From Minutocellus sp. GHC0000111 (Eukaryota), in assembly GCA_977018835.1 (NCBI GenBank), contig OZ361261.1, forward strand, positions 1-64,000: DNA of 64,000 bases, in the 5' to 3' direction. Of the stretch, positions 1 through 11,852 are shown one piece after another. Positions within the stretch are counted from its first letter, which is position 1. Every line of letters begins with the position of its first letter. The notes beneath the pieces were generated by a model. It was given only the letters and a program-made list of their open reading frames with translations, had not been told where the DNA came from and made no database searches. The translations under genes and the position numbers were made by a program.

Positions 1-199
1 ACCGATATGTACATGTAATTCCTTCTATCTTCAGCGCGTCACATAACGATAAATGACCGCTCGGCGAAATCGAAACTCAAATCTGCTGCCCCTTCTTTGA
101 GCTCGCGGCACATTCATTCAGAGAACGACTGTGAAGGCAGCATCCGACTGCTGCAAGAAAACTTGCGTGCCACTTCCGCCCCATCTACTTAATATCATC

Positions 200-1714
200 A
201 TGCCAACATCTACGTCGTACCGCCGCGAAAGGCCGAGGCAGCAGCGCCGCCGCTCGTCGTCGTGGTCGCACACCTACCGGAGCAAGTCGCAGGCGTCCCG
301 ATCGTCGTATTACTCCGAAGACGACGACGATGACGATTCGGCATATCTGTCTGCCTCGTCGGCTTCGGAGGAGGAGCGGTCTGTCTCTTCGGCGTCCGAA
401 TCCGAGGAGGAGGAGGAGCATGAACGATGCCGCTCCAAGCGCGGTCAGCGGCCCGACAGGAAATACCGAGACGACGATTACCGCCGAGACAGACACCACG
501 GCGGCAGCAGAAGCAGTCGGCACATCGCCGAGGAGTCATCTCGAAGCCGTCAACGCGAGCGCGAACGGAAGAGGTCATCGGGAACCTAAAAAGACCCCTC
601 GTGATCGTAAACGCGAGACTACTGATACCGGCAATGACAAAGGCTGTGGCGAAGACCCCGCTGCCACCATCGCACGTCTCCAGCACCAGCTCGCCGAGGC
701 CCAGTCGATCAACGCCAAGCTCGAGGCCAAGGCCGCCAAGCAGGACAAGGCGATCAAATTTCGTAAGTTTATACTTGACTGGCCAGGTTTATTTTTATTG
801 AGTTTGAATGCACTATAACATTGCTCTCATTTGCATATAATTGCGAAACCAAATAAATCATGTCTCATGGACTTGACTCCCTCTCGTTTCCACACATGCA
901 GTCTTCAAGGACAACGACAAGCTCAAGCGCAAGCTCGAAGAGAGCAGCAGCAGATCCCAGGGCAAGGCCTTGAGAGATCTGTGCGATCGGAACGATCTGT
1001 TGGTGGCCGAGAATCGTCAGCTCCGGGAACGATATGCAGCCTTGGCGTCCAAGGTGAACGGTGATGAGCCTTCTTCTTCTGCTGGCACGAGTAGAAACGG
1101 CGGCATAGGCGACCGAGTGAGTTCCGGTGCCACCCGATCCACCGCCGGATCCAGCACGGCCACACCCGAATCTCCAGGCGCCGGCAACTCCTCTCCAGTC
1201 CCACCTGCCATTGCATCTGCCCAGCACCAGCAATCTCCTCCTCCTCCTCCTCCTCCTCCCGTTGCCAGCATTCCCCGAGTCGCCTCCCGCCGTCGCAACT
1301 CCATGCTAGCCGGAACAGGAGGAGGAGGCTTCGGCGGCGAAGAACCTCAACCTCTTTCTCAACCCCAACCTCGCCTCGGTACAACGAATACCCTCGCCCC
1401 GCCGTCGCAATTCCATGCTGGGAAGCGGAGTGAGAGAGATTCCCACCAGCATGCTCCAGGCTCCACCTCCCGAGTTTGGTTCGGATCAGAACAATCGCAA
1501 GGACTTTGGCGGGTTGGTCGGTGGTCCACCCGGTACCATCACGGCTCAAGGACGCGGTGAAGAGGAGGATCCCATATTGGGCAAGACCTTTTCGCTCAAT
1601 GTTGCCTCTCCTCCCTCTGCTGCTGCTGGTGGTGGCGGCGGTGGTGGGATCAAAAGCAAAGCGGAGATGGCCAAGAAGAAAATCGGTCTGAGAAGAGCGT
1701 CGATGTTCACTTAG
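200..1714 (+). CDS. Low-complexity / coiled-coil hypothetical protein (intron 763-901; apparent frameshifts near 575 and 1420)
   Basis: ORFs 131-589, 330-818, 970-1560 and 1415-1714 are collinear. Donor gtaagt at 763 and acceptor atgcag at 901 join KF-LFKDNDKLKRKLEE to the 970 frame. Heptad-like segments, Ser/Arg-rich N-terminus, Pro-rich C-terminus. Confidence 0.5.
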
Positions 1715-1814
1715 AATTCAACCCAACTTACTGTTTTATGAGAGAAAAAATACAAACATATTAGCATGTACATACTCCGACTCTCAGCACAAATATCTTC
1801 AACATAATCGGAAC

Positions 1815-2963
1815 CTATTTTACAGCAACTTCCGTTCCATTCGTTCCAGTTGTGATGTTTATTGGTGGTTCTAATGCTGCCTCATCGGTGCTATTTGACG
1901 ACAGTTTTCTGCCGGAATCAATCCGCGCCATAGTTCGAATATCGTTCTGATATTCTCTCAGCACATCCACCAACTCAGTATCGTTCACATGTTTCGCTGC
2001 GAGGTCGTTTAGCTTCTCAAACATCATTTCCCTTTGTGGCACTGTATAGCCGGGAACGTAGTCCTTGCATTCGTATGGGCTCCCGTGGTGTGCCTTGACA
2101 GCTTCTTCCCCTCCCATTATCTTCAACCATATGCACGGTATTTCCGCGACGTCATCTGGGGTTGTAAAGCCCGCCTCTTTCAATAGGTTGGCAAGCCGTT
2201 GCAACACCATGGGTCCCCTGACCGGATCCCATATATGCTCATGGGCCAAATACATGCCGACGCTGTACTTGGTCATTTTCTTCCAAGTCTCGACCGTTTT
2301 GACCCATTCGTCCATCATGCTCTCCAACCATTCGTTTCGAAATGGCCTCCACTCATCTTCTGAAACCTGGCATCCATCGCAGAGACCGTGGTATTTTATT
2401 TGCTTGCCATTGTAGAACGAGGGCAGGGCGAACATGGGATTTCGCATCCCAAGAATTACCTTGTCGTAAAATTTCTCTGATCGGGTATCGGGATGCTTAT
2501 CTCCCATATCGACCACCGGATGTACATTGAAACACGCCGCCGTCTCTGACGGGCCGAAGCACTGTTTGAGCCCAGACGCCTTGGAGGAGGCGTAGAAACT
2601 CTTGCCTCCGGCCGGAAGACCGGTAATGCCTGTAATGAGTTGCTTTAGGAACGGATCATCCATAGTTCCTGGGTGTGCTGGAAACCAAAGCGGCTTAGTG
2701 GACCACTCCCCCTTCTCGTTTGTTGATGGTTGAAACGTCATTGTGCAATTTTTTAGGTGTTCCAGTGGATCGACATAAGTGGTATCGAATGCATTGATCG
2801 GCCCAAGCTGTTCATGGCTGCCTTCTTCCCAGGGCAGATGATCCTGAGTCTCGATGTAGAGAAATACTGCCAGGCCAAGGGCGGCCAGAGACATTGCACG
2901 AAGCCGCAACTGCTTCTTCTTCGCCGACACATGATCGCTCTTTTCCTGCGCTTCAGTTCCCAT
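1815..2963 (-). CDS. Membrane-anchored sulfotransferase-like (P-loop fold) protein
   Basis: 382 aa with an N-terminal TM helix; PLWFPAHPGT (5'-PSB-like) and ILGMRNP..ALPS (3'-PB-like) motifs. Confidence 0.55.
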   Translation of the reverse strand: MGTEAQEKSDHVSAKKKQLRLRAMSLAALGLAVFLYIETQDHLPWEEGSHEQLGPINAFDTTYVDPLEHLKNCTMTFQPSTNEKGEWSTKPLWFPAHPGTMDDPFLKQLITGITGLPAGGKSFYASSKASGLKQCFGPSETAACFNVHPVVDMGDKHPDTRSEKFYDKVILGMRNPMFALPSFYNGKQIKYHGLCDGCQVSEDEWRPFRNEWLESMMDEWVKTVETWKKMTKYSVGMYLAHEHIWDPVRGPMVLQRLANLLKEAGFTTPDDVAEIPCIWLKIMGGEEAVKAHHGSPYECKDYVPGYTVPQREMMFEKLNDLAAKHVNDTELVDVLREYQNDIRTMARIDSGRKLSSNSTDEAALEPPINITTGTNGTEVAVK

Positions 2964-3149
2964 CGTTGCTTTTGGCCATTGTTATCAAATGACGGTTTTG
3001 TGCTTGTTTTTACTGGTCTTGGGTTGGTTTCTATGATGCAGGCATGACATAAATTTATCGAGTCGAACGAGTCCGAGACCACACATAAAATCTTCTGCCG
3101 TCGCCTGCTCTCGTCCGCTCATTTTTTTTGCCGGCTCCGCCCCACCACC

Positions 3150-4019
3150 ATGCTCGCGCGTTCCAGCCCCGCCCTCTGCAGCCGATTCGTCGGCAGGCGA
3201 GCATCTTCTCGATGCATGTCTCCGCTGGCTTCCCGATGTTCCGCCGCCTCATCCCATGCTCTCTCGGGTCTGACGACCAGCCCCGAGAAGACAACGGCTG
3301 GCCGCATGGTAGTGTCGATGACTCATCAAAGTGGAAACTCCCACCAGCGACACTTCAGCACGGTCCAGACGGAGCTGACTGACATTCTGACGCGCGAAAT
3401 CGCCGAGGAGGAATCCAACGGATCCTCCACCATGCCGGAGGACTTGGCCGAACTCAAGGCGCAGATCGAGGAGTCCTGGCGTGTCGTCGACGGCGGTGTG
3501 TCTGGTGATGGTTCGGGCGTCGTCCGGCTCTTCAAGAAGGAGCCACTGGAGGGCAGCGGTGCCAAGGTTGCCATCGCCTTTCACTGCCAGGATACTATCC
3601 CCTCGGAGAGTGACGAGAGCACTGGATCTCTGTTTGATCAAATGACCGAGGGTGGCGGTGGTGACGAAGAAGACGAGGAGGATGCAGTCGCTGTGCGCTT
3701 TACAGTAATGGTCAGCCGTGCGGGCAAGACCATGATTTATACCTGCCTGAGTGAGGATGCCGTCGCCAACGTTGAGAGAGTTGCTGTCGTGGACGGTGAT
3801 GACATTGAGGACCTCATTGCAAACGGTGTCGACGAGAAGGCCTACCAGGGACCTGAATTCACTGAGCTGGCCGAGGATCTGCAGGGTAGCTTGTGCGAAT
3901 TCATCGACGATGTTGCCGGTATCGACACCGATGTGGCCTCCTTTGTTGCCATGTATGCCGATTACAAGGAGCAGACCGAGTACGTCGATTGGCTTCGCAA
4001 GGTCAAGAGCATGGTGTAA
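3150..4019 (+). CDS. MAM33: Mitochondrial acidic matrix protein, MAM33/C1QBP family
   Basis: Arg/Ser-rich presequence, acidic body, C-terminal YQGPEFTELAEDLQ...GID...YADYKEQTEYVDWL signature. Confidence 0.85.
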   Translation: MLARSSPALCSRFVGRRASSRCMSPLASRCSAASSHALSGLTTSPEKTTAGRMVVSMTHQSGNSHQRHFSTVQTELTDILTREIAEEESNGSSTMPEDLAELKAQIEESWRVVDGGVSGDGSGVVRLFKKEPLEGSGAKVAIAFHCQDTIPSESDESTGSLFDQMTEGGGGDEEDEEDAVAVRFTVMVSRAGKTMIYTCLSEDAVANVERVAVVDGDDIEDLIANGVDEKAYQGPEFTELAEDLQGSLCEFIDDVAGIDTDVASFVAMYADYKEQTEYVDWLRKVKSMV

Positions 4020-4183
4020 CACTTAAGTTTTACCACCCAAAAATCGAAACAAGAGGACATTATACCGCATAAGATTACTATTTGACAAGAATTATTTCTA
4101 CCAACAAAATGAAAATGTAAAACACAAAAATGGGTTGCCTATGGCAAACAAAATCTTTTGCCTGGAGTACGCCTACAATACTT

Positions 4184-5269
4184 TTAATCCTTCTTCTTCT
4201 GATTATCGGCTGCCTCGATCTTTTCTTCGCTCTTCTCCTCTTCTGGCGGATACCAAGCACTCAGCAAGGCCGTCCAAACTACGCTGACAGTCAAAACAAC
4301 ATTCAGCTGATGACGAACGGGCACGAAATTGAAGTTAATGAGCTGCACTGGAATCCAGAAAACCCACTGCGCCTGATTTATGAGTGTTGAAAGTCGGACA
4401 AAATAAATTAGTTTGTGAGTTGATTCGGCAGGAGGGCAAAAAGATATCGCAGAATTGCTATCTCAGGTAGCATAACTCACCTTCTGCGTATCCCAGAGTA
4501 CATCGGCGATGCGATCGTAGCACTGCTCCCAGGTCCATCCCTGCAAGGCACCCATGGCACCATGATACAAGCTGTTGGAAAACCAGCTCCAGTATACGAA
4601 CTGCTCCATGATCGTCTTGAATACGGGCACAGACAGACCTTGGAAACCGGCACGGACGGTCATCCATTCCAGAAAGTTATAATGCACATGCGAAAGTGGA
4701 GCGTGGATGGCAAATCCAAACAGTGCCGCACGACCAGTTCTGGCATAGTCATAGACAAATGGTTTTGCAGGTGAGGCACTGTCGCTATTCTTGTCAGAAT
4801 CCTTCTTTTCATCAAAGACAAAATGAGGAACCAGCTGCGCGACGATGTCTCCCAGACCCCATAGAATCATGCCAGTAACGGCCTTGGTGCGGACGGGGGC
4901 AGCCTCGAGATGCGACTCATACCATGCCACAAATCCTGTTTTGGAGCATTTTGCTGCCGCCGTCGTCTCGGAAGTGGCCGCAGCGGCCGTGCTTTTGTAG
5001 CGACCAGCCGCCCGCCCAATCTGATGCTGTGCCGTGCTTCCAAATCGAGCACCATTATGTTGAATTAGCGATGCGCCAGCATTGTAGGCCCTAGCTGTGA
5101 CGGCATGGGACACACGCGCCCTTTCGCCAGAGGTTGAGGCACCGGCAATTGCAAGGATCGCGCCAGCACCTCCGAAAAGAGAAGCCGAATCCTTCTTTTG
5201 GTGCCGGATCTGAGATGCGACCAGTCGGCCGAATCTGGTCGCCATAGAGGCAGAGGACGAGGACCACAT
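4184..5269 (-). CDS. Mpv17/PMP22 family membrane protein (intron 4373-4480)
   Basis: P.RTKAVT...GD.VAQ and YD.ART.R motifs. After the GT-AG intron, exon 2 reads AQWVFWIPVQLINFNFVP..HQL...VW...LS, stop at 4184. Confidence 0.9.
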
Positions 5270-5734
5270 TTAGATAGATACCAGCGGAGCACTGCAAGGC
5301 AATTTTTATGTGGGTGCTGCCTTTGCTATCTTGCGCAGAGGCAAAAGAAGTGAACTTCCGTCTACTGCCGCATCGCCTGCGTCTTCTTCGCTTGGCGCAA
5401 TTTCTGATCCTTTTAGAATAACGAAATTACCAATGGCAATTTTATATTGTTAAAATATGTCTTCGGCGCAAAAAGCGCTCCCATCTCTCTGAGTCAAAAT
5501 TCTGAGCTGGCAGGAGGGGAAGCCGCATCAAACCCATCAACTCGTGCATTCCTCTGCTGAATCAGCTCTCCATAACTCTGACTCAAAGATCCAACGCGTT
5601 GATATCACGCATTATTCGATCTCGAAAGAAGTCTGCACCCATTTCACTCCAGTGGACTTGAGATAGATCACATCTCACTTTTCACAAACACAAACCGAAT
5701 GATCACCTCGCCCTCATCGACATCTCAACAAGCA

Positions 5735-6616
5735 ATGAAGCTCTCCAGCACCGCCCTCCTACTTGCCTCTGGCACCACTGCCGCAGTATCGGCATTTGAA
5801 TTCCCCTCCGCCCTTCGATCACCTACTAAGCTCGAGGCCAGTTCCCTCGCCGCTCCTCTTGACGACCGTCCCATCTTCGACCCGCTTGGCCTCTACGGGA
5901 AGAATTCCGAGGAGCGCAAGAACAATGGCATCGTTCCACTCGAACCCGCCGATCCCTCTGCATCATCGAGGCCTGTTACTGATCCTCTTGGCATCTATGC
6001 CAACAAGGCCGCTTTTGCGGATGCCGCTGACGTTGGCATGTCCACCGCCCTCCCCTTCGTGGCACGACCTGCCTACCTCGACGGCAGCATGGCCGGAGAT
6101 GCTGGCTTCGACCCTCTCGGTCTTGCCGCCAACCCCGACCGTCTCAAGTTTATGCGCGAGGCCGAGCTGAAGCACTCTCGCATTGCCATGCTTGCGGCCG
6201 TGGGATGGCCCGTCGCCGAGCTCGTACACAACAACATGGCACATGCCCTTGGACTCAAGTCGATGCTCCAGGCTGGTGAACGAGTCCCTTCTATTCTCAA
6301 TGGTGGTCTGGGTCACGCCATGGCTGACTACTGGCCTTATATGGCCGCCGCTCTGGTTGCTGGTGGTGCCATTGAGGCCTTTGCCGCCACGGGCGCACTT
6401 TCCAGCGAGCCGCTCGACCAGAGCAAGCGCTCGCTCGAGCTGAGCGAGATCAAGCACGGCCGTCTTGCCATGATGGCCATTGCTGCAATGGTTTTCCAGG
6501 AGGCCTTGACTGGAGTCGGTGTCGTATCGCAGCTCATGAATACACTCCATCACGCCACATTTTCTCCTGAGGAGCTCAACAATTTCTCGGCCGTCCTTCT
6601 CGCAAGGGCACTTTAG
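5735..6616 (+). CDS. Light-harvesting chlorophyll a/c-binding (FCP/LHC family) protein, plastid-targeted
   Basis: Signal peptide ending VSAF; repeated DPLG motifs; [13 protein letters not shown] and [11 protein letters not shown] chlorophyll-binding helices. Confidence 0.9.
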   Translation: MKLSSTALLLASGTTAAVSAFEFPSALRSPTKLEASSLAAPLDDRPIFDPLGLYGKNSEERKNNGIVPLEPADPSASSRPVTDPLGIYANKAAFADAADVGMSTALPFVARPAYLDGSMAGDAGFDPLGLAANPDRLKFMREAELKHSRIAMLAAVGWPVAELVHNNMAHALGLKSMLQAGERVPSILNGGLGHAMADYWPYMAAALVAGGAIEAFAATGALSSEPLDQSKRSLELSEIKHGRLAMMAIAAMVFQEALTGVGVVSQLMNTLHHATFSPEELNNFSAVLLARAL

Positions 6617-6788
6617 AGAGCATGCGTATAAAGACACTGTCTCTCACTCCCCGGGGTCCATTTCATACCACCTGTAACTGCATTGTTGTGTTCATTTCAT
6701 GTTGATTTTTAAAGTTGTACGTTAAAGATAAATAGAAGAGTATATTATAATTATTATCATTTAATCTTTGAGGCGTGGTGTATTTGAC

Positions 6789-7934
6789 TTATTTCCGCTG
6801 TACTTGCCCCCATTTCTCCTTGATGGCCTCTTCAAATGGCTGCTTTCGTATACGCTCAAAGACATCTCGATGAGGGGACGCTTCAGACGACTGAGCGGAT
6901 TGATTATGCAGTAAGCTGTATCGATCGTAATGAACAGGTACCTTTTGAGCTCGGGGCGACTTCCCTGCGCCCAGTTTCGTCTCCACATCTTCAAGCGATA
7001 CGTCAAGCGGGGGGTAAGCGAAATACACGAGAGAACACCGACTTTCCTTTCCTTCTGTTCTGAATGGACAAAGAACTTGATGGCGGGGAGATGGATATTC
7101 ACCGCCGGTTGCCAAACTGAGAAAATCTCCGACGTGCACAAATAAATTTACCGCTTCCTCTGACAAACCATCTCCTGGATCGCCCATTGATGCAGCAACG
7201 TCACTCCACTTATCGCACTCGTGGCAATAGGTCTGCAAGCCGCCTGACGTATCTTGCCAAACAATTGTAAGCGATCCCCAGTCACTGTGCGCACTGCTTC
7301 CGGGGCAAGACTCGCGGGATTCTACCGATGTCAAAGCATCATATCTGAACACTCTCATGAGATCCATGCAGCACTGATCATCATCAGATGGCTGATCCGA
7401 ACACAAACACGGACCATTGTGAAGGACAATATTCGGATCAATACCCAATAACTGCACGACAATCTCGGCCGCGCGGTGCAGACCATCCGTCCATCCTTCC
7501 GCCATATGAAGCCGTTGGCTCACACTTTTACATTCATCGGTATTGTCGTCGGCACTTTTCGCCGCATGACAACGTCTTAGCTCCCAGCTTTGCTTGGGTT
7601 CCGGCTGTTCAGCGGCGCCGGACTCCGAGGTCCTGCCTCGGTAGGTCGCACTCCGCCAGGAAGACGCAGCGAGATACGACGTCTCGACCAGTCCGCCGTC
7701 TGGATTCAACTTTGCAAATTGTATCATCTCTGCATCAAATAATGACTCAATGTCCGAACTCAAATCGCCTCGTAGGTTGTTCAACGGAGAAGTTTGGTCA
7801 GGAGGAACGCCGGAGAATCGAAGGTGAAAGCACCCATGGGAACGGCAGGCGTCTCGAACGCTGGTACTAGCAGCGCTGATTGAGCTCGCATCCACACTGA
7901 TTACGGGGTGGGGAGCGCACGTGCAGGAGGTCAT
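6789..7934 (-). CDS. 2-oxoglutarate/Fe(II) oxygenase (IPNS-like)
   Basis: HSD(WGSLT)...H(QV) iron triad, R-x-S 2OG-binding motif, GGLQ and VHVGDFL motifs. Confidence 0.9.
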   Translation of the reverse strand: MTSCTCAPHPVISVDASSISAASTSVRDACRSHGCFHLRFSGVPPDQTSPLNNLRGDLSSDIESLFDAEMIQFAKLNPDGGLVETSYLAASSWRSATYRGRTSESGAAEQPEPKQSWELRRCHAAKSADDNTDECKSVSQRLHMAEGWTDGLHRAAEIVVQLLGIDPNIVLHNGPCLCSDQPSDDDQCCMDLMRVFRYDALTSVESRESCPGSSAHSDWGSLTIVWQDTSGGLQTYCHECDKWSDVAASMGDPGDGLSEEAVNLFVHVGDFLSLATGGEYPSPRHQVLCPFRTEGKESRCSLVYFAYPPLDVSLEDVETKLGAGKSPRAQKVPVHYDRYSLLHNQSAQSSEASPHRDVFERIRKQPFEEAIKEKWGQVQRK

Positions 7935-8197
7935 CTCTATTGACTGTTGGCTGCTAACAAGAGGTACATGTAGGGCGACTCGACTCGAGTCGAGTCGTCG
8001 GAATCACGTCGTTTCGTCAAGATACCAAAACCAGCACATCATGCGCGGTGTGCGGTGTTTGGCTTGAAAATCTCAGCACTCCTCACGGGGAAAACAATTT
8101 GTCAAATTGGCATATAAATTGAATTCAGGAGTGAAATTAAAAACTCAAGAACCACTTTTAACACAGACGGCAGAGCTGTGCCAATTTTCATTTTTTT

Positions 8198-8411
8198 TTC
8201 ATGACCATGAAGCCAATAATCTCTGCCACCAGAAGACCACCAAGATGTTGGTGAATCGTCATCACAACCTCTGCATCTCTTCTCCATATGTGTAGCTTGG
8301 CTCGCAGTACATAAGTAAGACCAATGATGGAACAAAACTCGTGAAAATTGCCGATCGGCGCATGTCATGTACCTCCACCACGGCGAGAAATCTCTACAAA
8401 TTGCACAGAAA
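8198..8411. repeat. Direct repeat copy A (~215 bp)
   Basis: Aligns by eye to 11222-11434 (ttcatgaccatgaagccaat...ttgcacagaaa) with scattered substitutions and small indels. Confidence 0.9.
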
Positions 8412-9539
8412 ACACGTGATGAATGTTGAATAAATGGGGGCAAACCGACAATGGACCACGTGAACGTTTGGTTTGATAGTATGGTCGAGTGGCGGCGTGG
8501 CCGTGATGTCGTGATCGGGTGCACATCTTGCTCAAAAGGTGGCCACCGACATGAAACTCAATGCTGAGAATTGCTGAGATGCCGTCCCTCGCCACCATTG
8601 AGGGTACAGATGGGAGCCAAGCCGGTACAGTGTTCCACACAACTTTTGACATTTCTCTACTGTGACTACAGCCAAGCGATTGATGACCTTCCACGGCGGT
8701 TTGGGTGGAATTGTGAGGCTCGTTGGGTGCCCCGTGGTTCTTTTGACGCCATTTTTGCTATGATGGGGTGGTCGCTACAATCAGTCTGGGCGAAGCAACT
8801 CATGTTATGTGAAGGTAAGGTGCTGAAACTCATTCGACTTCGCCAAGGTATATTGTAAAGAGGGGAAAGACTGATAGCAGATGTTTGCACTACCGGCAAC
8901 CCATCGTCTTTCAGCAAATTGACATGTGATATCGACACCGCTGACTTCTGCGAACAATTACCACGCTACGCGATGTGCTGAACGAGGTGGTCAATCTACC
9001 CCAAATGGATGATATCGAGGATTAAAAACAAACAATATATACACACAGTGAAGATTGATTGCATTTCCATGGCGGTTGAGTCGGTTGAAGGGGTCAAACT
9101 ACATGGTATTGTATCTTTTGGAGTGCAAAATCTGGTTTCGGTGGTAGTCGCCACAGACAATATGGTGCTAGAGGAGGGCCATGAACGACCAATAGCTGTT
9201 GTAGCTCATCAATTCCCCCCACCTATGATATGTTGATTGCTATTGCTGAAAAGCTTCGCAGGATTTCGGCTACTGGGGGTGATTTGGTTGCCTCTTGAAA
9301 ACTACGTCGACGTCGACGCTACAATTTTCAGGCCGGTGCCCACAAGCGTTGGTACCACTACTGGATGACAAGGACTCCCATTCAATGGATTTGAGGGCAT
9401 GAAACTCCGCCCTATTATGCCCTTGGTGATTTGATATGCCAGTGAAATGTCTCGAGTGACGATATCGGAAGTAAAAGAGGTAAACAGCATGAAATTTCCA
9501 ACCATTTTTTCTTTGTTTGGTGGGAAAATCGACTATGTG

Positions 9540-10610
9540 ATGAAGGATTGGGACCATTCCTACCCAATCACTGCTGTTGCAAGTCGTCATCTCTTAGATA
9601 TGATATCAGGTGGTGGATTGATGAAAAGTTTCGCGGGTTTTCTGTATAGCGTGGTGGTTCGGTGGCTATCTGAGTGTTCGTGGGGTTGTCGGCAGGAATT
9701 TCTGGGAGTTGGATCGGAACGCTGGAAGTGGTGGTGGACCACCACAAATTATCTTCACCGCACAGGAAGCTTATCAAACAACAACCCTTGATATACTCAA
9801 GCGTTTGGCATGCTCGTGATATAGCAATGGTGGCGATGGGGTACATGACAAAGCGACTATATGGTGAAAAATAGCTCTGTTCTGGAGGAGTTTTGCGAAG
9901 CAGCGGGGGAAAATGGCCGAAATGGACATAGATTGGCCATAGTGACATGCAATAGCAGCGGTTAATTATCATCTTCGCCAAGCCATTATATAAGGGCGCC
10001 AATTGACGAAAAGTTTCGCGGGTTTTTGTCCAATCTTGACCCTTCGATGAATGCTCGTGGAGGTCGATGGTGGGATTTTTCCGACGAAATTTCTTGTATT
10101 GAATTGCACCAGAGCGCGGCTGATAATGCCAAAGTTTGAATTGGAAAGGCATCAAACTCCGATATTATGTAGTGGCATTGAATTGATATTGAAGTGTGAT
10201 ATCTATCTTCCTTCGTTAGGGAGAAATAGGACCATAACCGGCTGAAATCCTCCTCGCTTTTGTGGTCCGGGAGGGAAAATTGAAGGCAGAGCGATAGTTT
10301 GGGACCATACTCATCCAATCACTGTAGCTACACATCATCATCTCTCAGTAGTGATATAGGAAAGTGCACCAAAGGAAAAATTCGTTGGTTTTGTGCAGAT
10401 CTTGGTGCTTTCGTGGGCACTTGAGTTCTCTTCGAGGTTGATGGCGGGGGGTTGAGTAGGAGCTCACTCAGATCGCCAATTGTTGCTGCAGAGTACATAA
10501 GAAGCACAAGTACTGCATGGTGAAGTTATAAAAAGACAATCATGGATATACTCAAAGAATTTGAATGGCCAAGTCATGTCGCTATTGTCGGTGTGAATAT
10601 AATTTGAGAC
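9540..10610. repeat. Degenerate internal tandem duplication in a stop-riddled region
   Basis: gggaccat..ccaatcactg..catctct at ~9551 and ~10301; aaagtttcgcgggtttt at ~9625 and ~10011; gatatactcaa at ~9790 and ~10545. Confidence 0.6.
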
Positions 10611-10956
10611 TGGTAAAAATAGGCTGATTTCGTAGAATTTAATTTTCAGCGGTCGAGGCCCTCCACGAAGGATGAAGTACAAAAATAGTACCGGAACATG
10701 CCTACATGTAGGCATGTTATATAATTAGTAGTTGAATTAGGTTGGATTGCTACTTGTAGGTGGACAACCCGGCCAACAATGTTGCTGGTGCAAGTATTTC
10801 TTGCGGCTGGCATGCATTTGCGGCGGCTCACATTTTTAGCGGGATGTTGATGTTGATACTACTACTATTGAATGCAGCGAGACAAGAGAACCACAGCCAT
10901 TTATGAAAAGGATACTAGAATATTAACAAAGACGCTATGTAATCAAATAGAAGATA

Positions 10957-11210
10957 TCAATTTTCACTAGCCTCTCCATATTCGTCTTGACTGTCGAAGC
11001 GGACTGTACGTTCGGTGCCCATCTTGTTGGCTGAGCCTCTCTCACCACCCATTTCCTCGTCGGTCTCATTTCTTTCTTCTTCTTCGCCCCCTTCGTTATA
11101 CTCTCTTTCATGTTTTAGGGTCTCGACCGTAGCCTTGAGAGGCTCCCACTCGTCGACAAGAGCATTGAGCACATCCTTCTTTTTCTGAGACATTGACGAC
11201 AGTCTTCGCC
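10957..11210 (-). pseudogene. 3' fragment of an acidic coiled-coil gene abutting repeat copy B
   Basis: Coding-like reading (RRLSSMSQKKKDVLNALVDEWEPLKATVETLKHE...SEN*) whose 5' end runs into the repeat. Confidence 0.35.
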
Positions 11211-11221
11211 AAATTTCACAT

Positions 11222-11434
11222 TTCATGACCATGAAGCCAATCTCTGCCCCATAAGACCACCAAGATGATGATGAATCGTCATCACAACCTATGCATCTCT
11301 TCTTCGCATGCGTAGCTTGGCTCACAATGCATGAGCAAGACCAATGATGGAACGAAATTCGTGAAAATCGCCGATCGGTGCATGTCTGTCACGAACCTCC
11401 ACCATGGCAAGAAATCGCTACAATTGCACAGAAA
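11222..11434. repeat. Direct repeat copy B (~213 bp)
   Basis: Homologous to 8198-8411. Confidence 0.9.
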
Positions 11435-11640
11435 TGATGTACTTTCAGAGAACCTTTCAGGGAACCCTCCTCTAAATCTGCTGGCGCCTCCTCCCCACTT
11501 GACGGCGCTGTCTCTCGTCCTGACACCATCATGTGTCTTGACTCAAGTGAGAGGTTAGATTGATTGAAGCGTAGAATGGACGGGAAGGTGAAGTGAAGAT
11601 GAAACCTAGAAGCAAGTTATGGAGGCGCTACGCAGTTGGT

Positions 11641-11695
11641 TGTTGTGCAGATGGATGTTGTGCAGATGAATGTTGTGCAGATGAATGTTGTGCAG
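11641..11695. repeat. 15-bp minisatellite (tgttgtgcagatgaa) x~3.7
   Basis: Directly visible tandem units. Confidence 0.9.
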
Positions 11696-11852
11696 TTCGT
11701 CCCAGTTGGTTCGCAGTTTCATGCACATTGCGCAGTCGGGTCTTTTTGCGCTTCAGGGGGAGGGGCTGTAATGCCCCTTATTTAAACCCCCGTATGGCGA
11801 TTGCCCCAATTCGCTCAAAAGATACTCGAGATTGCATTCATCTTACCTGACC

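Noticed and set aside
11641..11695. CRISPR-like array
   Set aside because: Contiguous 15-bp units without spacers, no cas genes, eukaryotic context.
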